From positions 1 through 64,000 of IMG/VR virus record IMGVR_UViG_3300038465_000158: 64,000 bases of DNA; one strand, 5' to 3'. The notes under the pieces are model-generated. The model did no database searches. It had not been told where the DNA came from and saw only the letters and a program-made list of their open reading frames with translations. This document shows, piece after piece, positions 37,274-46,829 of this stretch; position 1 is the stretch's first letter, and each line of letters starts with the position of its first letter. The translations under genes were made by a program, and so were the position numbers. The DNA is from a virus.

Positions 37274-38248
37274 CTGCCCACAACCATCGTTGAACAGTAC
37301 GGTTCGCTATCTGCAGTAGGTGTAGCAACGGAGGCCACGTTTGGCACTCCAGTCGTTCCTACATCATTTGTCCCGTTCACCGATGTCACCCTGGAAAGGG
37401 ATCCTGGTGTCTTCTTTCCTCAAATCATCATGGGTGTTCGAGACGTCAATGTCTTCTCCCTTCGCGGTGAGTTTAAGAACGCAGGCGACGTCAGTGCTCC
37501 GTTCTTTCCAACCAATGGTCTGGAAATCTTGGCCGCGGCTATCGGCACAGATGTTGTCACTGGAACGAGTCCGCATTACCACCACACGTTCAGTCCAGCG
37601 AACGTTCTCAATTCGCTGACGGTTGAGAAAAACCTCGGTGGTTACCAGTCGCTCCAGTTCACTGGAACACGAGTCGGTAAGTACAGCATCAAGGCAACGA
37701 CTGGCGACACGGAAACTGAGTTCACTGCTTCGTTCATCGGCAAGGATGCCAACGTCCTCGATACTCCTTCTTCGCCAATTACAATCGTCAACGAGAATCC
37801 ATTCGTTTTTGCTGAGGCCTCGATTACGTTATTCGGCAACCTCACGGCGCAAGTCACTGCAATCAACATCGACATCGATAACGGTTTGAAGCCGACGTAT
37901 ACGTTCAACCAGTCGCATGACCTTGAATTTCTGTCGCCTCTCACAAGGCACATCACTGGTTCGTTGACCGTGGTCTTTGACAGTTTGGATGATACCGACT
38001 GGGGCTACTACACCAAGATGATTGACGGTACGTACGGTGCTCTTGTCGCAGATTGGACGCATGCTGATACTGGTGCTGAGTTGACCGTCACATTGCCAAA
38101 GATTTTCCTGACGAAGTACGCCGATGACGTGAAGATGGACAGTATCATTATGTCGACACTGGACTTTGAAGCGGTGTACGACTTGACTGCATCTCCGCCT
38201 CACTCGATTTCGGTCCTCGTCATCAACGCAATTGCAACTGCTTACTAG
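37274..38248 (+). CDS. Major tail tube protein (proposed CTG start)
   Basis: G..S.VG.A.E.TFG.PV.P..F.P N-terminus upstream of ATG 37430; Y.HTF, SLT.EK; precedes chaperone and TMP. Confidence 0.85.
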   Translation: MPTTIVEQYGSLSAVGVATEATFGTPVVPTSFVPFTDVTLERDPGVFFPQIIMGVRDVNVFSLRGEFKNAGDVSAPFFPTNGLEILAAAIGTDVVTGTSPHYHHTFSPANVLNSLTVEKNLGGYQSLQFTGTRVGKYSIKATTGDTETEFTASFIGKDANVLDTPSSPITIVNENPFVFAEASITLFGNLTAQVTAINIDIDNGLKPTYTFNQSHDLEFLSPLTRHITGSLTVVFDSLDDTDWGYYTKMIDGTYGALVADWTHADTGAELTVTLPKIFLTKYADDVKMDSIIMSTLDFEAVYDLTASPPHSISVLVINAIATAY

Positions 38249-38280
38249 GACGCAAACGATATAAAGACAGAGGAAGAATC

Positions 38281-38745
38281 ATGGCAGGAAAAGGTTTCTT
38301 AGCACTATTTAACACGCCTGACCGCATTGAGGTCACGGATGACGGTGCTTTTTGGATTGACATCAAAACATCACTTACCGCGGATGACTACGAGCATGCT
38401 CAGCGAGTTCTTTTCGGCAAGATGGCAATGAAAGGCGGCGACCTTTCAGCGACGCCAGACACAATTTCATATCAGCATGAACTCGTGTTCCGTGCGGTTG
38501 TTGACTGGAACTTGACCGACGAGGACGGCGACTTGCTTCCGCTCGAACCAGAAAAGGCCAAGCATGATTCAATCCGTCGAATCCCACAATCGATTTTCAT
38601 CGACTTGTACAACCGAGTCAATAAAGCGTCTTCGGCGCGCTCAAGTGGTGATGAGCTCCAGTTTCGTGATGACGGTTCAACAGAGTCTCCGGGGGACGAA
38701 AGTTCAACTGGAGAAGTACCCGTCGCTCCAGAAGTTTCTGATTGA
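38281..38745 (+). CDS. Tail assembly chaperone
   Basis: DWNLTDEDG..LP; between tube and TMP. Confidence 0.8.
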   Translation: MAGKGFLALFNTPDRIEVTDDGAFWIDIKTSLTADDYEHAQRVLFGKMAMKGGDLSATPDTISYQHELVFRAVVDWNLTDEDGDLLPLEPEKAKHDSIRRIPQSIFIDLYNRVNKASSARSSGDELQFRDDGSTESPGDESSTGEVPVAPEVSD

Positions 38746-38902
38746 GAGCGCTCTCTACGAGCACGTCGGCTTAAACTTTGAGACTCTCAAATCTAGGCCT
38801 TTCACAGAGGTTCTTGACTACGTCACAATTGCTGATCTGATCGCGAAAGAACGAATCTATCAACAGAAGAAGCATGCTGCTGAGGCGGCGCGGAAGAAAT
38901 AA
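38663..38902 (+). CDS. Tail chaperone frameshift extension (+1 frame)
   Basis: Overlapping ORF ending at the TMP start; TTT CGT at 38662-38667. Confidence 0.6.
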   Translation, partial: FVMTVQQSLRGTKVQLEKYPSLQKFLIESALYEHVGLNFETLKSRPFTEVLDYVTIADLIAKERIYQQKKHAAEAARKK

Positions 38903-41900
38903 TGGCACTTCAAGACCTTACTCTTCTTATGGGTATCGAAGCCCGGGAAAATGTTGTTGGCGTTTGCCAGAGAATTTCTGATGAGGTCGAACGTGTAACT
39001 GGCCTGTTTAAGGACATGGGAGGCACCGCATCTGAGGCTGGTGACCTTATGACGACAGCCATGAGCGATCCAGAGACAACCGCTGGCATTCTCCAAGCAA
39101 GAATGACTGAACTCGCTGGAGCAACTGAACGTCTAACAATCGCAGAGAAAGAGTTTAGAGACGCGACACTCGCGGCGTCGGATATGAGTGATGTCGACGC
39201 CACTGCACTCGATCGCCAAGCAGCCGCAACAAAAGAGTACGAGGGTGCACTTGTTGTAGCGACAAAAGCGCAACATGATGCTCGAGATGCGACTGAAAAG
39301 AATATGGCGGCGCAAGATCTTGCGAACAAGTCAACTGATGAGTCCGCCGGTTTTCTTGCAGCGGCAGGAACTAAGTTAGACAAGATCGGTCCCGCAGCCG
39401 CTGTGGCCACTGCCGGAATCATTGGAATTGCGTATGAATCAGCTAAAGCTGCTTCTAAATTCAATGATGACATCATCACGGTTGCGAATAGCGCAAACAT
39501 CTCAATGAAGGCTGCAAATAACATTGGTCAAGCATTTCTTGACATGTCGACAAAATCAATATTCACGGCGAGTGACATCACGCAGTCGTTCGGAAAAGTA
39601 GCCGGCCAACTCACCCAAGTTGCTGGTCATGCTTTGACGGTAAAGCAATCAGTTGCGTTCATGAATGTCGCAATGCAAGCGGCTGCTGCATCTGGGCAAC
39701 CGCTCTCGACTATCACATCAAACCTCGCAAAGATCATGCAGCAGTACCACATCAGTTTGAAGCAAGCAGCCGCTGGCGAAACCGCGCTCTACAACGAAGG
39801 TCGACTCACTGGCCAAAACATGAATATGGTAACCCAGCAAATCACTCGTTTGAAGGGTCAGTTGGGCATTCTTGCTCCGAACATTGAGCAAACTGCCTCG
39901 TTCATGCTTGACTTGACAGATCACGGTATGAATGCTCGCCGAGCATCTCAAGCCTTGAGCAGTTCGCTGAACACGCTTTTGAAGACGAGCCACTTGACAG
40001 TGCCGACGATGAGTGAGATGGACGCAGCGCTGAAGAAGCTTCCGCCAGATTTGCAGCAGTACGGTAAAGCACTTCTTGACGGCAAAGAGAAAGTTTCCGC
40101 ATTTGACCAACAAATGAAGAATTTTGGCAAAGGTGAACTTCATGGCACCGTCATGGCGAGTTATTTGAAGTCGTTCGAGGGTCTTGCTACTCAAGCAAAG
40201 TCAAGCATCGGCACAATCAACGCGCTGAAACTCTCGCCTGTTCAAGAGGAGTTGTCGCATCTCGGAGTAAGTGTCTTCAACAGTAAGGGCAACTTCATTG
40301 GTTTGGCTGGCGTGCTCGCGAAGGTTGGTCCGAAGCTTAATGATATGCATAACAAGTCGAAAGAACTGACTGCTGCTACGATTCTGTTTGGCACTCAAGC
40401 CAAAGCACTTCTCCCGACTATTCTCGCCGGTGGAGTTGGTTACGAAAAAGCAGCAAAGGCGATCAACGATCAACGAGCAATGACAGAAGCATCACGGCGA
40501 GCGCAGAATAACTATGAAGCCGACATGAAGAAAGTCGACCATGCAATCGAGATGGTCCGCATCGAACTCGGCCAAGCATTCCTGCCTATTCTCGAAAAAG
40601 TCATGAAAGAGTTCGTCAAGATCGTCACACCGATTGCTGACTGGATTCAGAAGAACAAGAAGCTTACAGCCGAAATTCTGGTTGTCGTTGGCGGAATCAC
40701 TGGTCTTATTACCGTACTTTGGGCGACGCACAAAGTGATGAGCGTCGTGAGCAACACGTTCGTTAACTTTGGAAAAGATGTTCAGAAGGCATGGACTGCC
40801 GGAGGAAAACTCGTCTCTGGCATCAAGGACATAATCACGAAGATGACCGGTCTGAAGGCGGCAAACGAAGAAGCTGCCGGAACACAGGATGCCTTGGCTG
40901 GCTCAACTGAAGGTCTTGCTGTCGCACAAGGAGAGGGCGCCGCTGCAACAGAAGCACTCGGCGATGCATCGCTTGCCGCTGCTCCAGAAATTGATGCCGC
41001 TGGCGCTCCAGTTCTCGCAATCGTTGCTGCCATCGCACTTCTTGCGATCGCCATCTATGAGCTGGTGAAGCACTGGAAGACGGTTTGGGGCGCGATTAAA
41101 GATGTCGCAACAGCAGTATGGGATGCATTGAAGACGGCATGGAATGACTTCTGGGGCTTTCTCAAAGCAGCATGGGATACGCTCCTTAGCGTCGGTAAAG
41201 ACATCTTTCATACGTTGGGTATCGGCATACTCGTCGTTCTCGGACCCATTGGCCTTATCATCATTGCAGTCAAAGAACTCGTCACTCACTGGACGACGAT
41301 CTGGCATACAGTTCTTTCAGTCTTTGACACGGTCGCATCTGGCATTTCGAAAGGCGTTCACGACATCATCAGCTTCTTCACTGGTATGCCGTCGAAGATA
41401 CTCGGTTCAATTAGCAAACTTGGGAGCATGCTTCTCAACTTTGGCGAAACGTCTGTCAAGGATATGGGCAAAGGCATTGTCGCTGGCGCAAAAGCAATTT
41501 GGGACTTCTTCACAGCACTTCCTGGCAAAATTCTCTCGCTCGCTGACGGCGTGCTCGATGATATGCTTCACTTTGGTGAGAACATCGTGAAGCGAATTAT
41601 CAGCGGCATCGAGAACCTGGCGAGCGGAATTGGTAAGGCAGTCATGGATGCCATCAAACACATTCCTGGCATTGGTGGACTTCTCGCTAAGGGACTTGGT
41701 TATGCAGGTGATGTCGTGCACGGAGCGGGTGTAGTTATCGGCGGTATAGGGCACGGAATCTCTAGTTTGTTTCATCATGACGGTGGAATCATCAACGGAA
41801 CTCCTGGGTCTGACGTTCCAGCGATTCTACAAGCTGGAGAAGGGGTCTTTACACGAGGGCAGATGCGAGCGCTTGGTGGCATGGTGAATGCACCGAGATT

Positions 41901-42051
41901 CGTTATGGGCACGAGCGGAGGCGGTGACACTCACGTTCATGTTCACGTTCAAGGTGCCGTTTATGGTTCACTTGACAAGTTCGCTGGAGAACTCGGTCGG
42001 CATATCACTGGAACACTGTTGCCGCAGGCCGGCGTCAAACTGGATCACTAA
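38902..42051 (+). CDS. Tape measure protein
   Basis: 1049 aa Ala-rich helical; LGV.V...G.F..L; W-spaced repeats; H.GG...G.DVPA.L..GE.V. Confidence 0.92.
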   Translation: MALQDLTLLMGIEARENVVGVCQRISDEVERVTGLFKDMGGTASEAGDLMTTAMSDPETTAGILQARMTELAGATERLTIAEKEFRDATLAASDMSDVDATALDRQAAATKEYEGALVVATKAQHDARDATEKNMAAQDLANKSTDESAGFLAAAGTKLDKIGPAAAVATAGIIGIAYESAKAASKFNDDIITVANSANISMKAANNIGQAFLDMSTKSIFTASDITQSFGKVAGQLTQVAGHALTVKQSVAFMNVAMQAAAASGQPLSTITSNLAKIMQQYHISLKQAAAGETALYNEGRLTGQNMNMVTQQITRLKGQLGILAPNIEQTASFMLDLTDHGMNARRASQALSSSLNTLLKTSHLTVPTMSEMDAALKKLPPDLQQYGKALLDGKEKVSAFDQQMKNFGKGELHGTVMASYLKSFEGLATQAKSSIGTINALKLSPVQEELSHLGVSVFNSKGNFIGLAGVLAKVGPKLNDMHNKSKELTAATILFGTQAKALLPTILAGGVGYEKAAKAINDQRAMTEASRRAQNNYEADMKKVDHAIEMVRIELGQAFLPILEKVMKEFVKIVTPIADWIQKNKKLTAEILVVVGGITGLITVLWATHKVMSVVSNTFVNFGKDVQKAWTAGGKLVSGIKDIITKMTGLKAANEEAAGTQDALAGSTEGLAVAQGEGAAATEALGDASLAAAPEIDAAGAPVLAIVAAIALLAIAIYELVKHWKTVWGAIKDVATAVWDALKTAWNDFWGFLKAAWDTLLSVGKDIFHTLGIGILVVLGPIGLIIIAVKELVTHWTTIWHTVLSVFDTVASGISKGVHDIISFFTGMPSKILGSISKLGSMLLNFGETSVKDMGKGIVAGAKAIWDFFTALPGKILSLADGVLDDMLHFGENIVKRIISGIENLASGIGKAVMDAIKHIPGIGGLLAKGLGYAGDVVHGAGVVIGGIGHGISSLFHHDGGIINGTPGSDVPAILQAGEGVFTRGQMRALGGMVNAPRFVMGTSGGGDTHVHVHVQGAVYGSLDKFAGELGRHITGTLLPQAGVKLDH

Positions 42052-43556
42052 TGCCTGTTACACCAGATCTCGCCCCGCAAATAGCATGTTACATTACGCC
42101 GCCACATAAGCCGACAGTAAACTACGGAAACAAACTCGCATACAGTGGAGGAAACAACCAGATCTCAGTGACGCAAAACTTTGGTCGGCAAGGCGATACG
42201 GCGACGTTTGACTTGATTGACGGCAATTACGCAAGTGGCGAACCGCCAAACTTGGTTGTGCACCCGACATTCGTTATCCCCGCGTTCTCTGTTGTGAAAC
42301 TCATCGACACGGCAGCATTAACGTACTATGGAGACGATGACCGAGCATCCATTTTTTACGGATATGTCGCTCACCCTCAGTTGTCTTTGAACGGTGTGAG
42401 TGAGATGGACTGGTATCTGTCATGCGTTGACCCTGGCGGCTACGCGAATGCATCAGTCGTGCAAGCAGTGTATGAAGGTATTCCTATGGGAGACGCGATT
42501 GTTGACGTTGTTCGGAAATCGAATTGCGGCGTGCAAGCCAACACGATCGTCAATGGTGGTTTCGTCGAAAAGGGACCGACACTTAATAGAACCGTCATTC
42601 ACTACACAAATCTGACAAAAGCACTTCAGAAGATTTCGAAGATGGCATCATCTCAAAGTGCATACGGTTGGTACATCGATTCGACAATGAATCTTCATTT
42701 CTATGATCAGCAGCAAGCACCAGATTCTGGCGTAACGGTCACTGATACACCGACTGCTGCTGGACTTCTTTCGTACACGGAATGCCACATGGACCTAAAC
42801 CAGAAGATTACGTACGACTTTGACGGTTCATCTCTCTACAATCGAGCACTTGTTGTTGGAGCTTCTAAGACGATCACGACGACTGTGAAAGAGAAGCCGC
42901 TAGACACTTTTGTTGGAGACGGTAGCACGACTGAGTTCAAGATGTCATACGTGCCAGATACAACGGTCCAGTCTGCTTCGACAGCAAAAGCGACAAAGAC
43001 AACGCTACCAGTCGTCACTGTCAATGGCGTACAACAGACTATCACAATCTACGACGGCACGACCGCAGTTACTAACCAGTGGACAATACAACAAAATCCG
43101 AATGGTTCATGGGTTCTTGCAGTCACTCCAAACTTTGGAGTGACCCCAGGGGCTGGAGCAAAAATCTCCTTGTGGTATAGGTACAAATTGACGATAACTG
43201 CCCAGGTGGACCTCAAGCAGTCACAGAATGCAATCGGTGGGCCAAACCGTGGTGTATTTGCGACAGTAGTGAGCGCAACATCTCTTGACTCAACGGCTGC
43301 GGCTCATCAACGCGGCGCAAGAGAACTTGCTGAGTACGGACATCCGCAAGAAAAGATCCAATTTTACACGTCGCCAGAATGGATTGGCGTTTGGCGAGCT
43401 GGTATGACGTTCATTCTTGATAGCCAATTTCTTCTTGATTCGCAACGAGGATTTGCTCCTGGTCTTCATGCAAAGTTCATGATCACTCAACAGACGGTGA
43501 CGTTCACTCAGGGTGGATTCCGTCAATGGCAAGTAACGGCGGTGCGAGTCCAATGA
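42051..43556 (+). CDS. Minor tail / baseplate hub protein
   Basis: After TMP; WYID...LHF, NR..V.G, F.GDG....F. Confidence 0.65.
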   Translation: MPVTPDLAPQIACYITPPHKPTVNYGNKLAYSGGNNQISVTQNFGRQGDTATFDLIDGNYASGEPPNLVVHPTFVIPAFSVVKLIDTAALTYYGDDDRASIFYGYVAHPQLSLNGVSEMDWYLSCVDPGGYANASVVQAVYEGIPMGDAIVDVVRKSNCGVQANTIVNGGFVEKGPTLNRTVIHYTNLTKALQKISKMASSQSAYGWYIDSTMNLHFYDQQQAPDSGVTVTDTPTAAGLLSYTECHMDLNQKITYDFDGSSLYNRALVVGASKTITTTVKEKPLDTFVGDGSTTEFKMSYVPDTTVQSASTAKATKTTLPVVTVNGVQQTITIYDGTTAVTNQWTIQQNPNGSWVLAVTPNFGVTPGAGAKISLWYRYKLTITAQVDLKQSQNAIGGPNRGVFATVVSATSLDSTAAAHQRGARELAEYGHPQEKIQFYTSPEWIGVWRAGMTFILDSQFLLDSQRGFAPGLHAKFMITQQTVTFTQGGFRQWQVTAVRVQ

Positions 43557-43876
43557 CCGACATCAATGCAACACTGTCAATCACATTTTCAACCACTGGA
43601 TTCAATGCAGTTCAACCGTCGTCTCCTCAACAGTACTACAGTCCAGCAACTGGGCAACGAGCGTACACCGTTCAAGATGCTCTTGGAGCGCTAAACGATG
43701 CCATATTTTCAAACACTGATCCGACGTCTACTGGTGGAGATACTCCTGACGTTCTCTATAACTTCGTCACTTCTTCCGATGGTATGATTCTCGTAGATAA
43801 TGCGTTCACTGCATTTGATTTGAATGATTTAATCTACGACGGCGGATTCATTTATGCGCAAGGTGCTTGGCAATGA
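43553..43876 (+). CDS. Minor tail protein
   Basis: Coupled ORF. Confidence 0.6.
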   Translation: MTDINATLSITFSTTGFNAVQPSSPQQYYSPATGQRAYTVQDALGALNDAIFSNTDPTSTGGDTPDVLYNFVTSSDGMILVDNAFTAFDLNDLIYDGGFIYAQGAWQ

Positions 43877-44406
43877 GGGTAGGACTTGACATCAAAGGTA
43901 GGTTCACTCTTGAGACCTTCGACGGCAACAATCGTACTGCTAGATGGGAAACCGATAACACAGTTTGCATCGCTGGACTCACTGACGTTGCTGGAGCTCT
44001 TTCGTACCTTGGAGTGCAGGATATTGCAGACGAAATTGGGACCTCTCCTTACGTCATCACACCGATTTACGGAGCTCTAGGCACAGGTGATGTCACGACA
44101 AATCCTCCTTCAGTCTCAGATATTCAATTAGTCAACGAGATCACTCGAACAACGGCAACAGCATCTGGATTCGTTCCTGCTCTTGGAGCTAATCCCGGTC
44201 AAGCAGTATGGCAATTCCAATTTCCTATCAACAATTCTGGCGCGGATTACGTTCTAACAGAAGCTGGAGTTTTCACATTAGCTGAAGACATCACGAATAA
44301 CGGTGATCTGCTTGATCATGCTGCGTTCAACCCGCTAGCGACGTGGCCAGCCGGTCAAAGTCTTATTCTCTCGCTGCAACTTTCTCTTTATGCGGTGTCC
44401 TGGTAA
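43873..44406 (+). CDS. Tail collar-like minor tail protein
   Basis: N.V...GL, ALGTG...D..L..E..R, LTEAG.F. Confidence 0.65.
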   Translation: MRVGLDIKGRFTLETFDGNNRTARWETDNTVCIAGLTDVAGALSYLGVQDIADEIGTSPYVITPIYGALGTGDVTTNPPSVSDIQLVNEITRTTATASGFVPALGANPGQAVWQFQFPINNSGADYVLTEAGVFTLAEDITNNGDLLDHAAFNPLATWPAGQSLILSLQLSLYAVSW

Positions 44407-45746
44407 TGACGACTCCAAAATGGTCCGCGGCTACTCCAGGTCAACCGATGCTGGCTGGTCAAGTCAATCAGTTTCTTGCTCTTCATTCTGCTGATTTTAC
44501 ATACCAAGGCACACAGTTCAACACAGTGACCCCGGCTGGGTCTGTAGATGGTATTGGAGATAACGGGCAATTAGCATTTCGATTTGAATCACCAAGTAGT
44601 CCAACAACTTTGGGTTGGATAGCACCTGCCGCAGGAATAGACAATGCAGGATGCGATGTTTTTCTCACGTTGCAGACTGACAGTGGAGCTGGTCCAACTG
44701 GAAATATTCTTGCTTCATGCTACATTCCAGCAGAATGGATGCCAGGAAGTTATCCTACGGATGTTTCAACATGGGGATTTCCTCTTCCATATGACATGAC
44801 TGCATCAACGTTTTACAATATCGTGTTCTCTCCGCTATCTGTTATTAGTGGAGGTCCTCCAGGATCTCTTTTTCCGAGTATAAATGATTTCAAGCTGTTG
44901 CATTCAACTGATGTGACTGGCGCGTACACATTTAATGGGACAGCATGGGTTGGGCAATCATATGGCTACGCAATTGCGCTCTACTCAGCGGCACAAACTT
45001 CGTCAGCTAGCACACAAAATCTTGTGAACGTCACTGAAGATGTCTTCAATGCAGGAAATCTTCTCGGCCCTCAGTTGCACAAAAACTACCAGTACAATTT
45101 TGACAATCTCATTGTCTACGCGCAAGAATGGGCGCAAAAAGCAGCATCTGGACCGTTCAATATGCTTTGTCGAGACGACGCAAGTTTTGGCGCTTCACTT
45201 GGTTCATTTTCGCTTGGCCCTCCAGTGAATTGCACAGTCATTCAAGCAACTGGAATCGCTCTTGTCGGCGGCCATTCGATGCAAATGCAAGCAACTGGCT
45301 CTGTTTCATCAATGTCAGTTTCAACACTAGCGTTGCCTGACCCTGCAGGATTGAACGAGTACATTGCAGTAAATTACAGCAGTAGTTATTCGGCTGTTAT
45401 TGCGATAGCACCTGCATCATCTTTGCAAGAAATCAGTGTTGACATTTCATGGTACACAGGCACACCGACTTTTATTTCGACTACAGTTGGAGTTCCTGTT
45501 GTGCAAACCGCAATTGATGAGTTCACGTTTGCGTACAACGTGAACGCGATCGCGCCGATTAACGCCGCAATAGCTCAATTGACGATAAATGTCACAGGAA
45601 GTCTTACTGGTGGAGACAACCATTACGTCGGTCTCGTCGGCATGTTCGCAAATTCCAACACGATTTGGTCGCCGCCTGCGCTTGGTATTTCATCTGCGAG
45701 AACACTCTCGTATAACCCAGCGGATGCGCCAGTCTATGTCTACTAG
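44406..45746 (+). CDS. Minor tail protein with carbohydrate-binding-like C-terminus
   Basis: Beta-rich; N-terminus similar to a segment of 46830..49184. Confidence 0.65.
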   Translation: MTTPKWSAATPGQPMLAGQVNQFLALHSADFTYQGTQFNTVTPAGSVDGIGDNGQLAFRFESPSSPTTLGWIAPAAGIDNAGCDVFLTLQTDSGAGPTGNILASCYIPAEWMPGSYPTDVSTWGFPLPYDMTASTFYNIVFSPLSVISGGPPGSLFPSINDFKLLHSTDVTGAYTFNGTAWVGQSYGYAIALYSAAQTSSASTQNLVNVTEDVFNAGNLLGPQLHKNYQYNFDNLIVYAQEWAQKAASGPFNMLCRDDASFGASLGSFSLGPPVNCTVIQATGIALVGGHSMQMQATGSVSSMSVSTLALPDPAGLNEYIAVNYSSSYSAVIAIAPASSLQEISVDISWYTGTPTFISTTVGVPVVQTAIDEFTFAYNVNAIAPINAAIAQLTINVTGSLTGGDNHYVGLVGMFANSNTIWSPPALGISSARTLSYNPADAPVYVY

Positions 45747-45755
45747 GAAGGAATT

Positions 45756-46829
45756 ATGGTTGATGATTTAGCAGACTTCGCTGCCTCTACCGTCGCGGTT
45801 GCGCCATCGCCACAAATAACGGGTAGGTCACTTGTTGTGCAAAGTGGAGAAGGTGCATACTATCCTACGCCTCCGTTTGACGTGACAATGTCGCCCCCTG
45901 GCGTCAAGTCCACATGGTCGAATTCGGAACTCGGCGTATGCACGAACGTGTCTGGTGACACATTAACGATTACTCGAGGGGCATACGGTTCAAATCTACA
46001 AGTAATAGCAGTTGGTTGGACCGTGGAGAACAACATCACAAAGAATTTGCTTATGCAGATTCTCGCAGCTGTTGCTCCGCTTGCTACAAGTGTTGTTGGA
46101 CCAGATTCGTTTGGGGCTTCACCAGTTGTCGGCACTTCTTCATCAGTTGCTCGTGAAGACCACAACCACGGTCTTCCTGATGCAGCACTTCCACCATGGT
46201 ATCAAATCGGGACTGGAAGTCCAGTCGGTGTCGTCGTTCCTTATGCGATCTATGCTCTTTATCGTGATGATGCAACTGACGGTACTTTCATCGCAACTGG
46301 AACCACTGATGCTGATTGGCTAAGTCTCGGCGGCAATAATGGTGCCAACGGCGGTTTGTCATTTATCACTGGCGGTGCTGGATTTGCTTCAGTCATATTA
46401 GCAGCTCTTGGCGCAGGCGAACAAGCACAATTGCTTTCTGGCGTTGCTAGCGGGTTTACTGTGACAGATAACTACATCACTGTGACTATTACTGGGATGG
46501 GTTCATTCAATCTTTTCATTTCTGCTGGTGATCCGAACACGACATCTATTTCCGCGATCGCGGCTGGTGACTGGTGTGTCGATGTGACAAACTTTGCACA
46601 GTGGGTCGCGCAATCTTCGGGGACTGGCGACTGGTCTCTTGCATCCGGTTGGAAAGGATTGAATGCGTTCTACGCAGGTAGTACTGGTGCCGCAGGAGTC
46701 TTTTTACCGATGCAGCATGCAACATCTGGCGCCCCAGCATACGTAGAGGGCGGTATGTACTACGACACCACTTTGCATAAACTTCGTATCGGTGGTCTGT
46801 CTGCCTGGGAAACTGTCACGAGCGTCTAA
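45756..46829 (+). CDS. Tail fibre-like protein
   Basis: N-terminal domain paralogous to 59350; AREDH.H, G.G.P.GVV, G.MYYDT. Confidence 0.65.
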   Translation: MVDDLADFAASTVAVAPSPQITGRSLVVQSGEGAYYPTPPFDVTMSPPGVKSTWSNSELGVCTNVSGDTLTITRGAYGSNLQVIAVGWTVENNITKNLLMQILAAVAPLATSVVGPDSFGASPVVGTSSSVAREDHNHGLPDAALPPWYQIGTGSPVGVVVPYAIYALYRDDATDGTFIATGTTDADWLSLGGNNGANGGLSFITGGAGFASVILAALGAGEQAQLLSGVASGFTVTDNYITVTITGMGSFNLFISAGDPNTTSISAIAAGDWCVDVTNFAQWVAQSSGTGDWSLASGWKGLNAFYAGSTGAAGVFLPMQHATSGAPAYVEGGMYYDTTLHKLRIGGLSAWETVTSV

